From: Hypanus sabinus
Lineage: Eukaryota
Reading direction: 5' to 3'
Assembly (NCBI RefSeq): GCF_030144855.1
Contig: NC_082713.1
Coordinates: 131,006,001 to 131,070,000, forward strand
DNA: 64,000 bases
In this document: piece after piece, positions 58,946 to 64,000 of the stretch
Numbering within the stretch: the first letter of the stretch is position 1
Layout of the letters: each line of letters opens with the position of its first letter
Program-made: the position numbers and the translations under genes
The notes under the pieces: model-generated
Seen by the model: the letters and a program-made list of their open reading frames with translations, nothing else
What the model was told of the DNA's origin: nothing
The model's database searches: none

Positions 58946-61900
58946 GTTAAGTTAAAAGATTTGGAAATTTTGGGGGATTGAGGGCCATGGAGATCTGGCA
59001 CAGAAAAGGAGTTGATGCCTGGGGTAGATCACATTGGACAGCAGGGGGAAACTTGAGAGACCAGCTGGCCTACTCCTGCTCTTACTTACAGCATCCTGTG
59101 ATTGCTGACCCCATTTGCCCTCTAAGCCCACTGCCTCTTAGGTTTAATGTGTCGAAGCAGATTTAGTTCACCTCATTGACTTGATGGTACAGTGAATACA
59201 AAGAAAAGTGCATGTTAATTCTATTATATTTCCTATATATGATTTTATGAATAAAGCATATTTTTAAATCGAAAAGGAAAAATGTGATGAAGTGTTTACA
59301 AAGGTTTAATCTTCACCCTACACTATTTTCACCACTTTCTCCTCCCACCTAAACTCTCAAATATCCCCAATCTAACTTTTATGCAGCATAACGTGAGGCC
59401 ACTCTTCCTTTGTCAGTGTGGCTGACTGCCTCATCTTGGAATTCCCCACCTAAACGTCTCGTCATTGCAAAATAGATCATTGTTTTGTACTGTGATGAAT
59501 AGGTCTTATGTCAGTGCAGCAACTGGTTAATATCATTGCCTCGGAAGTTATGTGAATCAGTGCAAACAAAAGCTAAGTCTGCACTATGGAATTGATATCA
59601 GCTTGATGCAATGCTCCCAAGGGACCATTTTTTAGTGTGAATATAGTGAAAAACATTGTGCATGAATGCAACACGATTTATGGTCTTTTGTACAGTTGCA
59701 CACGTTAACCAGTCATGTGCGAACTGCAAACTAATCTGCACTGTATCTCGACATGACTGGAGCTCCTTAAGCAGCTGTTCTTAATAGGACCTACTGCTGA
59801 AATAACTTCCAAAATTCACAGTGCCAAATTTCAACTTTAAGCTCCATGTGTTCATTTAATCTCTAAGATTTCAGTCCAGTTCTACAGGACTGCTACACTC
59901 CGGAAACTCTGCCCTGTCAGCTGATGATGACAATTATTGCAATGCTTTAGATGTGTATTAAAATTTATGTAAGTTTTATGTAACATTTATGTAAGTTGTA
60001 AATACATATAATGTATATTTAGATGTACATTAAATGACATTATTTAGTCTCTCATTATCCAAGTCAATATTCCTCTTAGAAGAAGTGACCTGGTTGTTTA
60101 TACGTCACCATAACTAAAATGGTTTCATCAACTGTAGCTACAGTTCTAAGCAAATTAGTTTGCAGAATTAAATTGATTCATCTCAAAGATTTGATGACAC
60201 GATGAATGTATAATAAGACAGACACTGGTTGCATTATATTTATATATATTTTAAGTAAAGTATATTTTTAAAACTATAAGAAGATAAATGTAATAATAGT
60301 TATATAATGGTCAACTAAACTGCATGACTGCAACTTATCACTCATTACTGCCTTAGACACACAGTGAGCAACAACTTGTCTCAGGATGAAGAGTTAAATG
60401 TATATTGTGGAAATGTTTCCCCCACCTTCAGTCAGCTCTCCAAATCTGCAATCAAATCTAAGTTGCTTAAGTATAAACTGGCGTCACAGGCAAAACATTT
60501 GCCAGAATGATTCTGAAATGATTGCAACGACTTGCAGAGGGGAGTCAGTGTGTCAGCAGATTAAAAAGGGGTTCTGTAGTTCTCCTCAGGCTAATGCAGA
60601 ATTATGGCTTTTGTTGACCTGATAAACATACTTGACAATATTTGCAGAGCATTTTTGTTCCAGGTCCTTGCAAGGACTGGATGGTCCATGGTATGACTCA
60701 ATGTGGCATACTGCTTCCATGGAAACATGCAGGCCGCAATCCACTGCACCAGCAAGTGGTGCAATATCTTAAAGACCCCTGAGTTGAATGAAGGAAGGCT
60801 GGGTTGGGGATAGAGCCGACAGAGACAGAGATAGAAAGAGCAGGGAGTGGTTAATGCCTGAAATGTACTGCCAGAGGGAATGGTGGAAGCAGAATTGTTG
60901 ACAGTATTTGAAAGGTGTCCAGGCAATCAAAGAAAAACTACTGGAGGAACTTAGCAGGATCTGCGGAGGCAAAGGGATGTGTCACAACCACAGATTTGGC
61001 AGCGCAGCAGATACAACAATTGCGCTTATGAATATGCACCTGTCAGCTAATTATTATTTCATTGTGATAGTATTTAACTCCATTCATTCCATTGTAGTGC
61101 TTGTCAAAACTTGGGACACAGCACAGCAATGCTTTGTTTGCCTGTTTGCATTTGGCCTCGCCTGAGAAATTGGACCGTTGAGTCAACTAACTCTGAAGGC
61201 TAGCAATAATCATTTTATACTTAATGGTTCCTTTTAGCCACAGTGTAGGCTTCGTTTTCCATTTGAGAGTTTTAATTAATGGCTCTGTTCAACCTAGCAT
61301 TTATTGTTTTCTTTTCCCTTTAACAATGCTCGCATTAAAGACTGTGAACGATCAACCCACTTCAGTATCTCTCGCATTTGGGCCGTATCCAAACCCGGTG
61401 ACAGGGTGGTTGATGTTGTGGGTTGAAACCCTGTGACTTGCTCTTGAATCACCTAGGAATAGAAGGCTATGGGCAAAGTGACAGACGATGGAATTAGGAA
61501 TGAATGTACATGGATGCTCCTTGGTCATTCTGTACAGTATGTGGTGGGCTGAATAGGGTGTCTAGGTGCTGTTTGAGCCTATGACAATATCACACAGGTA
61601 ATGATAAGGGGATGACAGATATGCGAAATCATTATTTCACAGGAATAAGTGGAGTGGCATTGCGTGATGAGGTGATTAATGGGGTTAATGCTTCTAACAT
61701 GGAGAATGGGGGCAATAAGGAAAAATAGCTAACTGGCTCAAAAGAGAACAAGCACTGGTTTGGATGCATTGCATCCACAGATTTTTAAAGAATCTGGATA
61801 TGAGAGAACAGATCCAGTATTACACACTTCTTAATAATTCATTTGATATGGATGTGCTGCCAAAGGAAAACATAGCAATTTAAAAAGGGACAGAATATGT

Positions 61901-62959
61901 ACACTCAGACCCTGAAGCCTGCTCTACCTTCTATAGTTGATGTGATTATTAATGCAGTTCAGCTTTCTTGTAACCTCTTATCCTCTTGCTTGTCAAGAAT
62001 CTGCCTTAAAATTTTCAAAGATTCTGCCTTTTGAGAGTTCAAAAGACTAATGACCCATATGAGAATATGTTGCGCCTCTTACTGTTCTTAAATGGGTGAC
62101 CCCTTGTCCCTGGTTCTGGATTTTCTTCTAAATGGAAACATCCTCTCCACATAACCCTTCAAGACCCCTCATGTTAAAAATCAAGATCTCTCTCAATTTC
62201 CTGTACTCCAGCAGAAACAAGCTTAGGTTTGGTATTGGTCTAGTAAACCTTACATCCTTATATACCAGGTTAGGTTCTTCTTTAACTAAGGAGACTGGTA
62301 CCTTACGTTGTACACCAGATGGGGTCTCACTCTGGCCTGATATAAGTGAAACTCACATCCGTACCTGTTTGTTCAGATCTCTTGGCATTAAGCAGTAACA
62401 TTCTGCTCGCTTTCCTCATTGTCTGCCATGCTTGCCAGCTATCCTTTTGTGAATGATGCACTAGGACATTGTGATCAATCTGCAACTCAGCCCTACAATC
62501 TCTCACCATTAAGGTAACGTACTTCTTTTCACTCTTCCTGCCGAAATTGACAACTTCACATTTTCCCCACTGCACTCCATTTGCCAAATCTATGTCTACT
62601 CCTTTAACCTATCCACATTCCTTTCTCATCTTTACAACTTCCTTTATTACATACTGTATCTTTGTGCTACTGACCAACTCAGCAACCAGAACTTCAGTGC
62701 TTTCATCAAGTCCTAGAGTGATATTGCATAAAAACATTCCCTTTGGCTCAAATCATCCACGGTGCACAACCAAACTCGTCCCAATTGGCCACATTTGGCC
62801 CATCTCTCTCTAAAACTTTCTTACCTATATGCTTATCTGAATGCCTCTAAAATGTAGTTAAAGCACCTGCCTCAGCTAATTTCACTGGCAGCTCATTCCA
62901 TGCATGGAATCAATTGCTCCTCAGTGTCCTTTTAAATCTTTCTCTTCTTACCTTTTTCC

Positions 62960-63203
62960 ACAGTGTCTAAGGAGTTTTTACATTCTACCTGTGACCACAT
63001 GGGTTTCCTCCAGGTGCTCCAGTTTCCTCCCACAGTCCAAAGACTTACTAGTTGGTAGGTTAATTGTTCATTATAAATTGTTCTGTGATGAGGCTAGAGT
63101 TAAATCGGGGGTCGCTGGGTAGTATGCCTCAAAAAGCCAAAAGGGCCAGCTCCACACTGTATCTCACTAAATAAATAAACAAACAAACAAACAAATAAAT
63201 AAA
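62960..63203 (+). mobile_element. V-SINE with (AAAT/AAAC)n tail
   Basis: gtgaccacatgggtttcctccaggtgctccagtttcctcccacagtccaaagac; tail taaataaataaacaaacaaacaaacaaataaataaa. Confidence 0.8.
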
Positions 63204-63295
63204 GCTAAGTCCTCTGGCTTTTCCTTCCCTTTCCCAGGAAAAGAGACTGCTTGTGTTCACCCTACGTATGTCCTATCGTGATTTTATCTTCCACC

Positions 63296-63657
63296 TGTGA
63301 CAAAAGGCCTAAATGAAGATGGTAAGGACCCAAGTACTGGAGTATCCAAGACTAGAATCGAGACATGATTTCAAGACTGACTAGGTGCTAGATGAAAGCC
63401 TGACAAGACTAGATGAGAATCTAAACGGGGCGGAAATCCTAACCGCAATCACTGACTGAACCAAAGATCAGCTGATGATTGAGCATCAAACCCGGGTTCA
63501 GGTGCTTTTCAAATTTCCAAATCTCAGCACCAAAACATGGCTGCCAGTTAGAGGAGCAGGCCAGAATCTTTAAAGGGACCTGGCCAGCTATCCATAGTCT
63601 GAAGAATCAGAGCGTCTGAACCCCAGAGGGTGGTGTGGTCAGCTGCGTGTCGTAACA
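63296..63657 (-). mobile_element. Solo LTR (362 bp), related to the chromovirus LTR at 57484-57802
   Basis: tgtgaca...cgtaaca with TSD CCACC (63291-63295 / 63658-63662); ggacccaagtactggagtatcc matches ggacccaaatgctggagtatcc in the reverse complement of the 57484 LTR. Confidence 0.85.
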
Positions 63658-64000
63658 CCACCTCAAGGTCACACCTTAATATTCTAAGCTCCAGGAAATT
63701 ATTTCTCTCTCTGACCAAGCACTCTCCGTAACTCAGCCCTCAATATCCATATAAATCTTTTCTGCACTCTTTTTAGCTTGATGATGTCTTTCCTTTTAGA
63801 GGGTGGCTGAAACTGTCCAGAGTACTCCAAGTGCGTTCTCACCGACATTGTGCATACCTGATCCATTTCATCCCAGCTGTTGTTCTCAATGCCTTTTCAA
63901 CGTTACTGATGTGAAATGTGATCAGGATTTTCAAAAGGCTTTTGTCAGGGTTCCCCCACGATAAAAGGTCAGAGAATGTAGAGTCAGGGTCAAGTGGCAG

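Larger units (their letters stand above)
61880..63965 (-). mobile_element. Cluster of decayed CR1 fragments (interrupted by a V-SINE and a solo LTR)
   Basis: ORF 62327..62587(-) GKCEVVNFGRK...RKASRML; aactgtccagagtactccaagtgcg (rc of HLEYSGQF); ttcaaaaggcttttgtcagggttcccc. Confidence 0.65.

Noticed and set aside
1-64000. CRISPR array, prokaryotic operon or defence system, endogenous non-retroviral virus
   Set aside because: No regularly spaced repeats, no gene-dense region and no viral hallmark proteins; the recurring sequences are dispersed vertebrate TEs.

Overview
Eukaryotic, AT-rich DNA with no host protein-coding exon that I can recognise. The repeat content (V-SINEs, Deu-domain SINE remnants, CR1/HER1-type and Rex1/Babar LINEs, Neptune-type Penelope elements) suggests a cartilaginous fish, probably a ray or skate (inference). 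The window reads as a long intron or intergenic region, and nearly every meaningful ORF in the track is transposon-derived. Main structures: (1) a near-complete but decayed 4.18-kb Ty3/Gypsy element of the CsRn1/Kabuki type (32004-36179, minus; 215/214-bp LTRs, TATT TSD, tRNA-Trp PBS, CHCC Gag knuckle) inside a Rex1 LINE 3' UTR; (2) a three-level nest at 55931-58311, with a Tigger4-like transposon containing a chromovirus 3' end, which in turn contains a lone LTR plus PBS-like stub flanked by an exact 24-bp duplication that resembles captured plus-strand strong-stop cDNA; (3) a perfect 133-bp inverted repeat inside a decayed CR1; (4) many Penelope termini that jointly reconstruct a minimal hammerhead ribozyme; (5) a branch point/pyrimidine tract/AG|GTGAGT recursive-splice-site motif at 36325-36355; (6) several unique stretches that look like conserved non-coding elements. 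There are no prokaryotic features and no CRISPR array. Boundaries of old repeats are approximate, and family names come from recalled motifs, not database searches.
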